Positions 1-12,383 are shown, numbered from the whole stretch's first letter. The stretch: 63,690 nucleotides of DNA, filler included, from Choristocarpus tenellus KU-1152 (GCA_964200185.2; 9 parts of 9 records of this genome joined end to end with filler, not necessarily neighbours in it), one strand, 5' to 3'. Program-made: numbers and translations. Notes: generated by a model from the letters alone, not told the origin.

Positions 1-63
1 GCAATGGGCGGTGTGGACGCCCTGGACATTTCCGACGTCAAGATCTTCCCGGGCTGTTTGTAA
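1..63 (+). CDS. Possible 3' end of an unidentified gene (AMGGVDALDISDVKIFPGCL*), truncated by the window edge
   Basis: Open frame 1-60 with GC3-rich, coding-like codons ending in TAA at 61-63; product not recognised. Confidence 0.35.
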   Translation, partial: AMGGVDALDISDVKIFPGCL

Positions 64-875
64 AGAACGAGGGGGGAAGGGCAGGGATATGGATATTGTG
101 AGGGCTCCGCATCCTCTACTTTGGCAGAATTTTGGTCATGTTCTCAAATTGGGTGCAGATTTCAGTTGGGGTTTTTTTCCTGCAGGGGTAAAACCCTACC
201 ACTTCCAACTTGCCCATTGTGTGTTTTTTTTTCAGTTGCCCCTCGCTTCAATCTCTCAGTAACAATAATATGGTACACGAACGAATGAAAAATTCCAGGC
301 AGGCGTGCATGCCCCTGTCAGTACACAAAACTTTCTTCTTTTATTTTCGTCTCCAGTAGGCTCCTTCCCCTTTCCGTACTTCATAGACCCAAGCCAACAA
401 CCTTCACAAGCGCCATCAATTATCCAGTCCTTGCACACACACACACAACCCATCAGTGTGCAAGCAAACGCGTTCGCGCAAGACACCCGGGTAGCAAAAT
501 CAAATGTTCTGTGCATGAGAACAGAACATGATACAGTTATCCAAGAAGAACAGGCAACTTTGACAGAGGACACTACTGCTACTAGACAGAAATTTATGCA
601 ATGGGTGTCCACGTCAGAAGCAGGAGGAGGGAGGGGTGCGCACGCTCGCATACGAAACACACACAGACATCAAAAACAAGAAACACCCGAAGCAAGTTAC
701 CTCGGCTTCCTTTTATTTGGTTCAGGCTAGGATGTTTTTTTCCTCAACAAGAATCCATTCCTCTCCCATCTGTTTTGTGGAGTCCACTTCACTATCAGTG
801 GCAAGCACTGTAGAGTGTGTGGTTGACTCACGAGAGCAAAATAAGGTGATGAATTCCTCCAAATCCTAACCTTAC

Positions 876-2120
876 CTCAGTGAAGGGCCTGAACATGAGC
901 TCTCCAGTCACCACCGCCCCCTCTTCCACAATGAGCTTGTTGTATGTGATCTTCATGAGGCAGCAGGGTGGAGGGGGGTGGTGGAATGCAAGGGGGCAAG
1001 TCAACCTTTTCATTCTTCTATCAAATAGAGTTGGTATTTGTCCTTGTAATAATACCTCATTCTTGGTACTGTCTCCTAAGCCATAGAACGAGCATTCGTA
1101 AGACTTTTAGGTCGACGTTTCAGAACTCAAGATAAGACAATTTTCCCGTCCCTATCCAACCCTTCTTTTCAAACTAAACGCACACAATTGTATGCAATAG
1201 GGGGTGATTTCTTCAGCTATCGATATGTTTACAATCGAAAGTGAACATTGAGCAAATAGCAGGACCAGCGAGAGGTCCACAGGAAATCCTTTCAACACTA
1301 AGGGGCACACAGTCGGATGGTAGAGCGAGCTATTTTGCTCGATAAACATATATTGCAATGTTGGTGAACTCAAGTTCTCCTTCTTGCCCCTCATCCACTC
1401 TTTACATGCCACTGCAGCACATATTCGGACCAAATTGAACTTGAGGTACCACAAAGATGAAAGAAGCAGGACCAATAGACTCACGCTGCCTCCAACTCTG
1501 GCAGCTTTTCTGACGATCAAACGGTTCGAAGTAACCAAGTCTGTCCCCTCAAAAGAGCCTGCGACTTCAGCGTCATCACAGCTCACCAAACCTCGCACAC
1601 AACCGCCTGAACACCCAAGATGCAATGATCAAATTTCCAGGAGAAGGTAAGATGGGAAGCATGGTTGCAGAATAGCAACATATCGTATCGAAGGAGGGAG
1701 GACGAACAATATTCCATGTTGGCACTGCATTCAGCAAATCCAGACTTTCCAAACGAAGTTGTTTCGCCTTTTTGCACCTACTCGGATAACGCAATGCCAC
1801 CCAATCAAGCCCTGCCTACCTCTTTGGACTACAAGATACTTGGTCTCAATCTTGCCGTCCAGATTTCCACGCACAATAACTGCGTCGCAATCGCTGATGT
1901 CGGCATTCATGATGACGAAAGTCCCTACCTCCAAAACCTTCGTGGTTCCCGGAGGTACGATAGACTTGGGGGAGGGAGGTTTAACAACCTTTTTAACTGG
2001 CTTGGGCTCAGGCACAGTCTCTTCAGGCACAGATGGGGGAACTACAGGACTCGTCTCGATCTTCGGGTGTGGGCTCTTGCTCCTCCCACGAGAGTGCTTC
2101 GTCGATTTCCTGCTAAACAT
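876..2120 (-). CDS. Bactofilin A (polymer-forming cytoskeletal protein) with N-terminal MFSRK peptide and Pro/Lys-rich linker. Exons 2120-1820, 1606-1485, 950-876. The 3' end is uncertain: either read-through to the stop at 828 or a short last exon near 508-500
   Basis: Spliced product MFSRKSTK...PEPKPVKKVVKPPSPK...VLEVGTFVIMNADISDCDAVIVRGNLDGKIETKYLVVQRGGCVRGLVSCDDAEVAGSFEGTDLVTSNRLIVRKAARVGGSITYNKLIVEEGAVVTGELMF has the bactofilin beta-helix repeat pattern and the typical C-terminal L-x-V-E-E-G-A-x-x-x-G motif. GT-AG introns (GTAGGC..TTCAG, GTGAGT..TGAAG) keep the frame. Confidence 0.88.
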
Positions 2121-2904
2121 TTCTGATTCTAGGGTCCTTGACAAACCACAAAGACAACCCTCCTAGCCTCTTGAATATCAACAAGAGCAACCCTCTCGTC
2201 ACGCCGTTCCCACGATCAAAACGCAGTTAGTCACTCCCTCTAAGCGTGCTTCAGGACGAGATGACGATATCTGTGTTCCCCTTGAGCTGTTGGTTTCAGG
2301 ATAGAAAGGTCTCTAGTCAGTTGACAATCCTTTACTTGTTTTACTCCCAACTTCGAACCATCGATCTACAACAACAATTGTACTATAGTACCTGATGTCG
2401 TGAAAAATTAGAAATCATAATCACACTGCATTGTCGTATTTTGGTTCGCCGAACGGTTTTTCTTCACTTGCAAACGGAGGGTCATTACAAAAAAAATACG
2501 AAGCCTTTTATGTGTTGGTTAAGGACCACTTTCTAGGGGGTTGGAGGGGGAAGGTGGTTGGGGTATACTGCGTGCGCTTTCGAGACGCGCGATTTTACTG
2601 GATGACCATTAAAATGTTCTTATGTCTATATTTCTACCTATTTTTCCATTATATATTTTGTTGTAGATATGGGGATACAACAACTAATGTACGAATTCAA
2701 ATAATTCAACAATCTAACACCAAATGTTATGTTACAATTATCTCTTTTTGTAACATCTGACTTGTAGAAGTCTATCTGCTATTTAGTATTCTTGTTCCCT
2801 CTAATGACAACTGTCTTCCCGCAAAATGATCATCACAACAGTAATTAAGTTATTGTGAAGCAGTAGTCTCTTAAAATAACCACCTACATAATATTATCTT
2901 AGTC

Positions 2905-2970
2905 ATATTATATTATTATGCCCTCTGACATTTTGCAGATGTGTCAGGGGGAAACCAATGAAAACTATAT
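2905..2970 (-). mobile_element. Short 5'-truncated copy of the 3' end of the CRE-like non-LTR element
   Basis: Reverse complement (GCAAAATGTCAGAGGGCATAATAATAT) matches the element ends at ~15830-15857 and ~55688-55706. Confidence 0.5.
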
Positions 2971-4640
2971 ACATATATATATGTGTATATAAAATGTCCT
3001 CAACATAAGAATACTATAAGACAATGCGTTAGTCATATCATAGTTTGGTGTGCGATTTCTAAACGCCCAACATAAGTAACCACAAATAAATCGTTGTTTG
3101 ATATTCTATTTCATGTCTATTGTAATTTTGTTACCCTCGAGACTGTCTGTGATGGGGGTACAACAAGAAGCAATATATAAGGTAGAGACTAAAAGCAACA
3201 CATCATATAAAACAATAACCACTGAAAGGAGTGTAATGTACTTCAACCTGAAGACACCACAACAAGACAGGATTTCACACAGACTACACGTGGGATTTTT
3301 CTTCTCTTGTTTCAACAAACACATCTTTGTTTATAGAAGTGCCGCAATTTCAGGGGTAGTTTCAGCTGTTTACTGATGATGAGGTTGAAGAGCAAACCAA
3401 AAATATAGGCACTCACAAATAATGAGATTGACCACAGGTAAAACAAAACCCTGAATGTGTATGTCCTCCACATTCAAAACATCACTTAAATCTTCCCTCT
3501 GGCAATACACTAAAACCAGACCATAACAAATAAGCCGGTGGTCCCTTGCCGTGGAAGCAACATGTATGGAGTGAGGGGGGATGGAGCAGTATATAATTCT
3601 GTGATCGGCAATGTGATATCTCAACTACATTGTTGTTGATGTGGTATTGTCACAATAAATAATAATAATAATAGGTTATATTTTGTTTTCAAACACAGCA
3701 TTAATAGTACAACAGGAGGAGAGGACTATTTAATATCAGAAATACCACCCCGCGTCAGTGTATGTATAACAATCAATTAAGCAGGAAAGCTACAAAAAGC
3801 AACTATGAAATTGTTGAAATTGTACCTGGACTCTCAAACAAACACTATGAGGCCGGACCAAAATTACACTTCGCATATACATTTCCTGAGTGATGTTCTG
3901 AGGGATTACTCTCCCTCTTGACTTGTCTCTCTCCTTTTCCTTGCCTCTTGTGGGTCTTCTTCAGTACGACGAACCTGTTGGCTTGTTTCCATTTGTTTCA
4001 CAGCAGATTAAAAAATATATGTACCCTTACTATATATGGTGTATGGAAATCAAATCAAATTTGCTTGGGAAAAAACTTAACCTCTCCTCCCAGCAATCCA
4101 ATCTTCACATTTCGTAAACAGAATGTGTTAGGATGATCACTCTCTACACCTCTACATAATTATTACTGGTACTTCTAGTAGTAGTAGTGTTGTTGTAGAA
4201 CAGAAAAAGAAAAGGAAAGTATCTTACCAGCTTATACCGGGTATCAAGTGTTTCTATAAATAGTATTAAGTATATCGGGCGTGATTTGGGTATCAACTGA
4301 TCATCCGATTATTAGACAGCTGCTCTACAGATACAAGTTGAATTGAATATTAAAATATCGAAAAATAGTAGAACAAGACAAACAGTAACAATACTAGTAG
4401 TAATAGTTGGATTCTTACTCCTTAAACTCTTCATCCTGTTTCTGGACCCTACAATTACCGTTGTTGACTTAATAGTAGTTCCAATAATTGTAGTTGTCAA
4501 TTTACAAAAAACCATTTCAACATCACACCACTGGACCACCAGATCGTGGGTGAGTTAGGCACACAGCACCACTATCAACAAACCTAGCCGCCAAACCTCT
4601 CTCCACCGGAACTCGTTTTTCAAGTGGTCGCAGCGACACC

Positions 4641-5542
4641 ATGCCCGCCGCTCCACGCAGCCAGAGTGCGTCCATGGCGGGACGAGTGATAATTGGTAAG
4701 GGTATCACCGTAAAGGGCGACATCAAGAACTGTGAAGAGGTCATTGTCAGGGGGTTCTTCGACGCGGGAAACGTGGAGGCCAAGAACGTCATTGTCGAGC
4801 AGGATGGTAAGGTTACAGTGTGATTCGCTCTTCCTTTTCGAATTGAGCGGATATAGACACGGCTCTACCCGTGTGTGTCCTTGTATCTGCTTGCCCTTAA
4901 GCGGCCACGTCCTTATTCTAAGAATGAGAGGTCTTTCAGATAGTACTTCACAAGCCATTAATGACTGTATACATGCCGGTGAAATACAGGCATTTTAACT
5001 GGTGCAACGAAGGCGCATAATGCCAAGATCTCGGGGAAATTCGACGGTGACTTGAGACTCAAGGAAGGTCTGAGCGTCACCAGCAGCGGAGAGGCGAAGG
5101 GGGTGAGGTTTGTTCCCTCTTTTGTCTGAAGGGGCGTGTTTAGGAAGCGCTGAAGTTACTCACTGGCCTGAACTTAAGTTGGAAAGACATGGGTGGGAAT
5201 ACCGAGTTTTGGATCTCCCCCCCCTTTCCGATCCATATTTGCCTGTGCACTCCATCGCATTCCAATATTTGTAGATTTTACATCTATTTCTATGCGCGAC
5301 GTGCTGTACTTGAACCCCCAAACCTCTCATGTCAGCAAGATATGTATGATGTAAGTCTCTTGCTCTGTGCGTGGGAAGGGCCCTAACTGTGCTGTGCCCA
5401 CTAGTTGTGTGCTCTAGGTATTGACCAAAAAGCCTATACCTCATCTCTTAATCAGATCATTCGGTACAGGGGAATTCAGGTGGAGAATGGTGGCAGGCTG
5501 TTTGGCGATATCCAATTTGCCACTGACGAAGATGGAGTTTAA
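4641..5542 (+). CDS. Bactofilin B, minimal 121-aa protein. Exons 4641-4806, 4990-5102, 5456-5542
   Basis: Spliced product MPAAPRSQSASMAGRVIIGKGITVKGDIKNCEEVIVRGFFDAGNVEAKNVIVEQDGILTGATKAHNAKISGKFDGDLRLKEGLSVTSSGEAKGIIRYRGIQVENGGRLFGDIQFATDEDGV*. Classic bactofilin start (IIGKGITVKGDI) and end (IQVENGGRLFG); introns GTAAGG..TACAG and GTGAGG..ATCAG are in frame. Confidence 0.93.
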
Positions 5543-8500
5543 TTTCGGGGAAATACGAGCCTAATGGGCTCTTGTTTACGTTGAAAAGTCGACGAATGTG
5601 AAAAGAGGGATGGGTTGGAGGAGAGGGGAACAAACGCCTTATTCTCCGTCTGCTGATTCACTTTCGTTGGCACGAACGAAAGTGTATTGTGAAAAGTGTG
5701 TGAAAATTAATGGAAGATCAAATGTGGGGGTGTACTGGGGGTGTTTATTGATGTCAGACTGTTTTTTGTTTTGAGGAGTAAATGGTGGATGGGCCAAGCA
5801 AGTCTCATTTGTAGACGCAAGAGGCGAGAGATCATGTAGCTTTTTGTTTTAGATGTAATTGAAAACGAGACCCCTTTGTTTTTCTGTTAAACTGTTAAAC
5901 TTGCCTGTGAAGCTGTGCTGTAGCTTTCGGTAAAAGTGTGGTGTCAGTGGGTGAAGGGGTGAAGAGGAGAGAGTACGGCAAGTGCAGTACAGTCTAGATT
6001 TGGTCTTGATTGACAACCAACTGGAACAGAAATGAAGCAAGAATATTTTTGAAGTAAAATCTATGCTGGACCAATTTTGATTGGCAGGTGTGTATAGCGA
6101 AAGCGAAGCCTCAGGTTGTGCTGTTCTTAAGTGTTGTTGGTCATGCTCACCACATTTCTGTTTTGCTTTAGGTAGTCGGTGTTGAGGGTAGGGTAGGGTA
6201 GGGCAGGGCAGGATAGGATGGATAGTTCCCCTGACTGACTCCTTGAACAGCTGCCTCCTTAGGCTACTCCAGTTGCACATTACAGGCATTCATTCAGCCC
6301 TCGGCATTGGCCATGCACAATGGCCATGTGCAGGTGTGATCATGGTTGTGTGGCGTATCCCCTGTTAGTTCTGACCCCCTCTACACTTTACACCGATTCA
6401 TTGTGCTACATTTTTTTTAAGTAGCTGAGGTTGTCACTGACAATCCTCTTTGCTGTTTGACCAAGTCATGTTGACTGGTCTACGTTCCTGCACTTCTACT
6501 GATTGCTTTCATAGCAGTAACCTCACAAAAGCACCGCCTCGACTTGACCTCCTCTGGGGTAGTTACAGAGAATGATCCTCTACTCTGCGCTGCCTTGCAT
6601 TTTGATGTAATGTGTTGGTGCAACAAGATTGGGTGAAGTAACTGGTCGTTTCGAGTGTCCTTCTAGCGTGCCTCTCCGATACATGTCATGCTTTTGTTAC
6701 ACATAGTGGTGAGTTGAATGTGCTGTGGATCAGCAAACAGTATCACAGTGTTCACTGCTGAGTAGGACTGACTGGGGATGGTTCACAGGGAAATGATGAC
6801 TGCTACAGGTTGTCCACCAAAGTGACTAGTAAGGGGCTTCATGGAGCTTTGACTGTCCTGGAATGTTGCGTAGGTGTGGATTATGCTGTAGTGGTTCTTG
6901 TTCGGGAGATGATCAAGTGCAGCAAATACTCATCCTCGGGTGCAGAGTTTCTTGCATCTCTATCACTTAATAAAGAGAGGAATGTTGGTGGTACTCTCAC
7001 TGGCATGTGTTGAGAATAAGGTGTGCTGTAGCATTGAATAGAATTGACTCTACTGTGGTCAACTTAGAACAGGACAACTCGTTCCTAAAGTGTTTCATTA
7101 GACTTGGTATTTCAAGGCTAGGATGCTTTGGTCTACGTAAGATCACATACATGTAATACATTTTTTGTAGATCCTTTTTGTACTTCCTTGTTTTCCATAC
7201 AGGGTTAGGGCTTTTGATCTTGCTCCGCTTAGTACTCTCAAACTGTCTCCCCCCAGGCGCTCCAATTTGCTTGTGAAGTTCAAGCACATCTCCTATCTGC
7301 CCTTTATGCAGTGGCTGCAAAGGTCATTAGAATTGGGATGACTAATTTTGTGGGTTGTGCATTTGGATCCTTCCAAATTGTGTATTACTGACCACAGTCA
7401 GCATGGTCACAGTTTTGCCGCACATACTCCCTTGAGGGTAAACCCTGCATGGACAGTATAGACCTTTTCTACAATAACTGCTTCAACCCTGCCCAATCCT
7501 CTCATGAATTGAATGACAGGGGGAATTGTACCCAAGGTCATTCCCCAAGTATGCTCCCAACACCTCCACTTGTGCGTGGGCCACATGGACGCCCTCCCAT
7601 ACCCAAGTAAGCCCAAGAAATAGAAAAGATGGCACCAAATGCATTCCTATACATGATTCCTGTATCGCTCGCTTGGTGGGTTTCCTAGAGATCCAGTGAC
7701 GCAATGACATTTTGCCAACACTGATGCAGGAGTTCGTGTTGTGGGTGCCACACCAACGGACAATTTTTGACCTTCATGTTTTTTTTCTTATAACAAGGAA
7801 ACTTTCCAAAATGCGAAAATTGAGTGAGATTCGTATGTTTTCCAAAATCAGGGCTCTTGGATGCAATGGTTCTTACGAGTGCCAGCAAACCCACGTCGAC
7901 CGCTTGATCAGTGCTCTTCTGGTGATTGATGTGCTCCAAAAGTTCTGAATTTCAGTTACGTTGCAGTCCCCATCCTATAGTTGAATCTGAACCTCGAGTC
8001 ACCTCGAAATACTCCTCATAGCCCACACAACTCACCCACAGAGAGTATTAGTTGTGCACCTCCCCATGGTTCATGCTACTCAGATGCTCCGGATCTCTAT
8101 TCCTCACAGGTACTCCACGCTGCACCCACAATCCCTTGAATGCCAATGTAAATGTTTTGTACTAGAGCTCTGTTGTCCATACCATTCTAGTGTCCCATTG
8201 CCCCTTCAACACAAACATGCTGCAGAAAATCATCATTCAGGAGGTGATTAAATTTTCAACATGTATTTGATAGCTATTAATAGAATAACACTTACCTATA
8301 TTCTCATTCCCTATAAGAAAAAGAAGTGGCGCATCATCTATTGATCGTCCGCCTGCCTCATCCTTGCACTACAACCCATCTTGGACTTCACCCATACAAG
8401 GTAGCACTCCAAAGTGAGTACTGGAGTATGCTGTGCCTTACACACATATCCATAACTTCCCCCCAATCAATAGTATGGTGCATGTTCCCTTGTTGCTTGT

Positions 8501-9935
8501 AGCATTGCCTTCCACCCTTGACCCAAACGTGAAACTGTCGCGTACAATAACCAATTCCTCTTTATTAGGAGACTGTGCCAGGTGGGGACGTTCCTGTCAT
8601 GGAGACATTGACTGTAAGATACCCAAGAGTGGAATCTAATGCTGTTGAGACCGTGTTCCGGAGGTTCCCGTTGTCAGGGCTCATGCTGTTAAGGTACAGA
8701 TGGTTGAGATCCCCTCTGCAGTAGAGTATACTGTGCTATTAGTACTGTCTCGAGCAGTACTTACTCTCCCTCAGTGTTACTCCAACATCTCCCTCTACCC
8801 CGAAACGAAATTTCGATAGATCCACCTCTTGTATGTACTAGTAATATCCGGTTCTATCTTGTAACACCAAGAAATCAAACTATGTTGTGCCCCTGGCATC
8901 GTACCCTCCCCCCCACCCCTGCTCCCCCATTTTTTGCTGCGTCCACTCTCCCCTTGGGTATTTTGCTGCTCCCTACTCAAACATCGCAGTGCGCCCTCCA
9001 CATATATTTAGCACAGATATGATCAGTACACGCATACTTACATTGTTTCAGAGTCAGGTTAACCCACCTAGTTGGGATTATGTGGCTGGCGGTAGACGAT
9101 GCCTGAATAGCGGCGTCTTATATTATATTCCAAAAGTGGATTGAATAGTAGAACTAGATCTCTCCCTCTGATCATTTCCTTTAATTATTGATTGAATCGA
9201 GATTATGAATAGGCTGAGAAAAGGTACATGGGTGGTCTGGCAGCAACCAAAAATCTAAACAATAGGTCAACAAGTCCGATATATTGTGTAGATATAATAG
9301 TGTCAATACATGCGACTTAAATTATATTTTGGAGTTTATGAAACCGTCATATCGAACAATCACCTACGATACTCTAAGAAATCCTTAAAAGGGATAAGGT
9401 TGGTGACGTAAATTAAAAACAAGTTCTACCACACCCAGCACCACATTTGTTATCATTGCTGGAGTTCTACACAATATCTACGCAACCTCTCCTTGTACTG
9501 GCTTTACGCGCGCGTTGCTGCTTGTGCGTTGCTTGGGTTCAGTCATCCCTCTGTTCGTCAACAGCAACCACTCGGCTGCTCCCTCAACTCTTCCTGCGTA
9601 AATTCATGCTGACGGTGTCGGCCTGCAGTTCACAATGAAGATCTGCCACCACATTTTTCCGCACGCTGCACTGCCTCGGGATTCGTACATCGGGTAAGGT
9701 TCCTATGACTACAAGAATACTACCGCCAATAGCAGCATATTCCTTTCCCTAATAATGCTTAAGGCTATAGACCATCGAAAACCCCAAAGCCAGATTTGCT
9801 GTTCACACACGTAATATGTGTAAGGATGGAGTACGCTCCCTCGTGTACCCCTCTCTGAGTCTGATAAATGACTGTTGATGTGTACTTGTTCCAATCATAT
9901 GGCGCCCCCTGCAACTGTACTGTATTTGTTCACAA

Positions 9936-10193
9936 GAGCCAAAGTATCTTAGAGGGTAGAGGCGAGTCCATTTGGGAGACAAAATCCAATGTTGCGATTT
10001 TGATGTAATTTTGACTATCGTATTTGTTAGGACGTGTCAATATCCATGTTCTGGAAACACCTTTTCATAACGTATACATTTTACCTACTCGAAAACATTC
10101 TGGAGTAGGAAAACGTTATATTAAAACCATGGGAAGCCAAGCCCCAAATGGACAAACAGGGCAAAACTCGTACCCGCTAAGATACTTTCACTC
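9936..10193 (+). mobile_element. MITE family 1 copy (258 bp)
   Basis: TIRs GAGCCAAAGTATCTTAGAGGGTA / TACCCGCTAAGATACTTTCACTC; flanked by ACAA duplication; internal sequence shared with seven other copies. Confidence 0.85.
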
Positions 10194-10319
10194 ACAACCA
10201 TCTATTGTATGATATCAGCGAAGATGTTCTCACTCTAAATTTTAGTGAACGGAGACTTTTCGAAGATAGTATTGCTAATCAACTATGGACACCACTGGTG
10301 AAGAGGACAATAAGCCAAA

Positions 10320-10570
10320 CTAATTGAAAGGTAGACAGGTTTGGATCCTTTTGCATTCTATGGCCACCTTCTTACACCCTATTTCATTGCTTTACGTCAC
10401 AATAGTGTACACAATATTGATATCCCCCCTCTTTCCACACACAGAGTGACACTACAACTAAAGAAAGACCCTTTCTGCAATGAAATGGCGTATTTTTACC
10501 CTTTCCTTGATCCTTAAAATGCAACCCTGCCTACCTCTCAATTTTTTTGGCTCAATGGGAGGTAGAGCCA
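10320..10570. repeat. Dispersed degenerate repeat shared with ~20540-20800 (unclassified TE relic)
   Basis: Shared blocks such as GGTAGACAGGTTTGGATCCTTTTGCAT vs GGTAGGCAGGTTTGATTCCTTTTGCAT, and GATCCTTAAAATGCAACCCTGCCTA vs GATCCTTAAATGCAACTCTGCCTA. Confidence 0.6.
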
Positions 10571-10949
10571 ATGATGGATCTACCGATCGATTGTTGTGTT
10601 GTCTGCGCATCCTGCTTGCGTATATGACATGTGGCATAATGCACAGGTGTGTTCATTGACCGATGCTCTTTGATTAGTATTCTCTTCTGGATGCGCTAGT
10701 CATACTAAATACAAATAGTTCATAGGTAGTTAATGTTGCTATTATCACCATACTAGTCCGAGGGATCCCGGACTCACAGTCGAAACGATAGTCATAATAA
10801 GTTACTACACACTGCTTGAGATGAGGCAACAAGGATCAAAAGAAAAAAAACAAATGAAATGGAATAGTAAGATGGGGAAAAAAAATGAAAATGAAGAATA
10901 GGACCCGCACAAGAACAACACCCATCACCCAAAAAACAGAAGGGAGAAG

Positions 10950-11103
10950 GGCTCAAAGTATCTGGAGGGGGGGAGTCTACACCAGGGTGTCCATTCGGAC
11001 CCTTCCAGGAGAAGTGCATCTACATGATCTATCCGACGCATGCAACCAAATCACCCAAAAATCGCGATATGGAAAAATGGGGCCGATATGGATACTTTGA
11101 GTC
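10950..11103 (+). mobile_element. MITE family 2 copy (poly-G type)
   Basis: Ends GGCTCAAAGTATCT / GATACTTTGAGTC with AAG TSD; core GTCTACACCAGGGTGTCCATT shared with other copies. Confidence 0.8.
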
Positions 11104-11701
11104 AAGGAAGGAAAGAAAGTTAACCAAGGATGCTAGAGAAAAATCCACGGAGAAAACAGCATCATTCAGCAAAGAGTGATGGTGATGGTTGGCGTTGGTG
11201 GCTTGGGAAACCTTGGCTATTGCATTGGTGTGACGTGCGATAGCTATCACAGCTTCCTTCGAACGCCATTCGGCTATGAACCCCATTGGCCCATTAACCG
11301 CACGCTCATACCACTCCTATTGTATAGTGACTCTGATGCTCCAACCCTCAAGTTCAATCCCAATCTTTTCAAGATCATCTTGGAGGCAAGTCCACCAGTT
11401 CATCTCTTGTGCACCTTGCTTCCATCTTTCCATTCGTAAGCTAGCCAAACATCAATTTCTTGGAAAGTGGCTCATCCCCCATGCGAGCAACTGATCCATT
11501 GAATAGAATCCTCTGCTTGTGCACAGCTAACGCAGTCAATAGAAGTCCCCACGTTATAGGATAACTGGAGTGGTAATGGACAGTCTCACCCACACTTGAT
11601 TCGGTCAAAGGAATTGAGACCAATCCACTTGTGACTCTAATATATGTACGTTCACTCCAAGTCATATATTGTCCTGTTCTGGCATATAATACTTACAATG
11701 G

Positions 11702-11737
11702 GGACCCAAAGTATCTGGGAGGGGGGGAGGGTCTACA
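11702..11737 (+). mobile_element. MITE family 2 left end, truncated at contig end
   Basis: CAAAGTATCTGGGAGGGGGGGAGGGTCTACA runs into the spacer. Confidence 0.65.
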
Positions 11738-11837
11738 NNNNNNNNNNNNNNNNNNNNNNNNNNNNNNNNNNNNNNNNNNNNTTAATTAATTAANNNNNNN
11801 NNNNNNNNNNNNNNNNNNNNNNNNNNNNNNNNNNNNN
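11738..11837. other. Artificial contig spacer (N44-TTAATTAATTAA-N44). Others at 14581-14680, 17430-17529, 38341-38440, 49544-49643, 53029-53128, 55884-55983, 59410-59509
   Basis: Identical 100-nt structure with stops in all six frames, present eight times. Confidence 0.98.
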
Positions 11838-12383
11838 AAAAAATTTGTAATGTAAAAACATCCTTCATTTTTCTCAACCCCTCCCCCCCCACCAAAAAAA
11901 AAAAAAAATAGGTCCCCCCCCCCCCCCCCCCGGCCAAAAAAACACGCTGCAAAACCTAGCTCTAACCAGGAATCTACCCATTCTGACGAAAAAGGATGAG
12001 ATTGCAGCCAACAAAAAGTGGTAAGCAGGCAGTACGACTGAAAAAGGTACACCCTATCACACACACATGCAACCTGATATCAGGGAAGAAAGTAAATATA
12101 TCTGGTAGGAGGGGTGCTGCTAAGTTATAAGGGCCCTATGACTTCCTGCTTGTAACTGTGTTCAAAGCACACATTGGTCCATAGGTGCACAGTGCATTCT
12201 CAAATATTTGCGATTCCATTCGGTTTGCAAAACCAAGACATTCTTATCAGTACCATTTATTAAATTATGTCATCTTCTAAGAAATCACCCTTCTCGAAAA
12301 AAACTCAAAACAGTCAAAACACACACAAACACGCCTCTCGGTTACTTGTACTATATACCTCTTACGGCATATATACATCAAAA

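Noticed and set aside
256-870. ORF-track ORFs of 70-141 aa downstream of bactofilin A
   Set aside because: Low-complexity, intron/UTR-like sequence with no coding signature; most short ORFs in the track are antisense shadows of exons or read through repeats
876-5542. Bactofilin genes as bacterial contamination
   Set aside because: Both need spliceosomal introns, and their contig carries the same MITE families as the contigs with eukaryotic housekeeping genes
6186-6212. GGGTAGGGTAGGGTAGGGCAGGG potential G-quadruplex
   Set aside because: Simple pentamer repeat with no evidence of function
6800-8700. Cluster of short ORFs downstream of bactofilin B
   Set aside because: No recognisable motif or consistent splicing; may be a decayed element but cannot be classified
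11738-11837. Recurrent palindrome TTAATTAATTAA within N runs
   Set aside because: Artificial six-frame-stop contig spacer. Adjacency across spacers has no biological meaning, so the bactofilin locus cannot be linked to the RAD51 block
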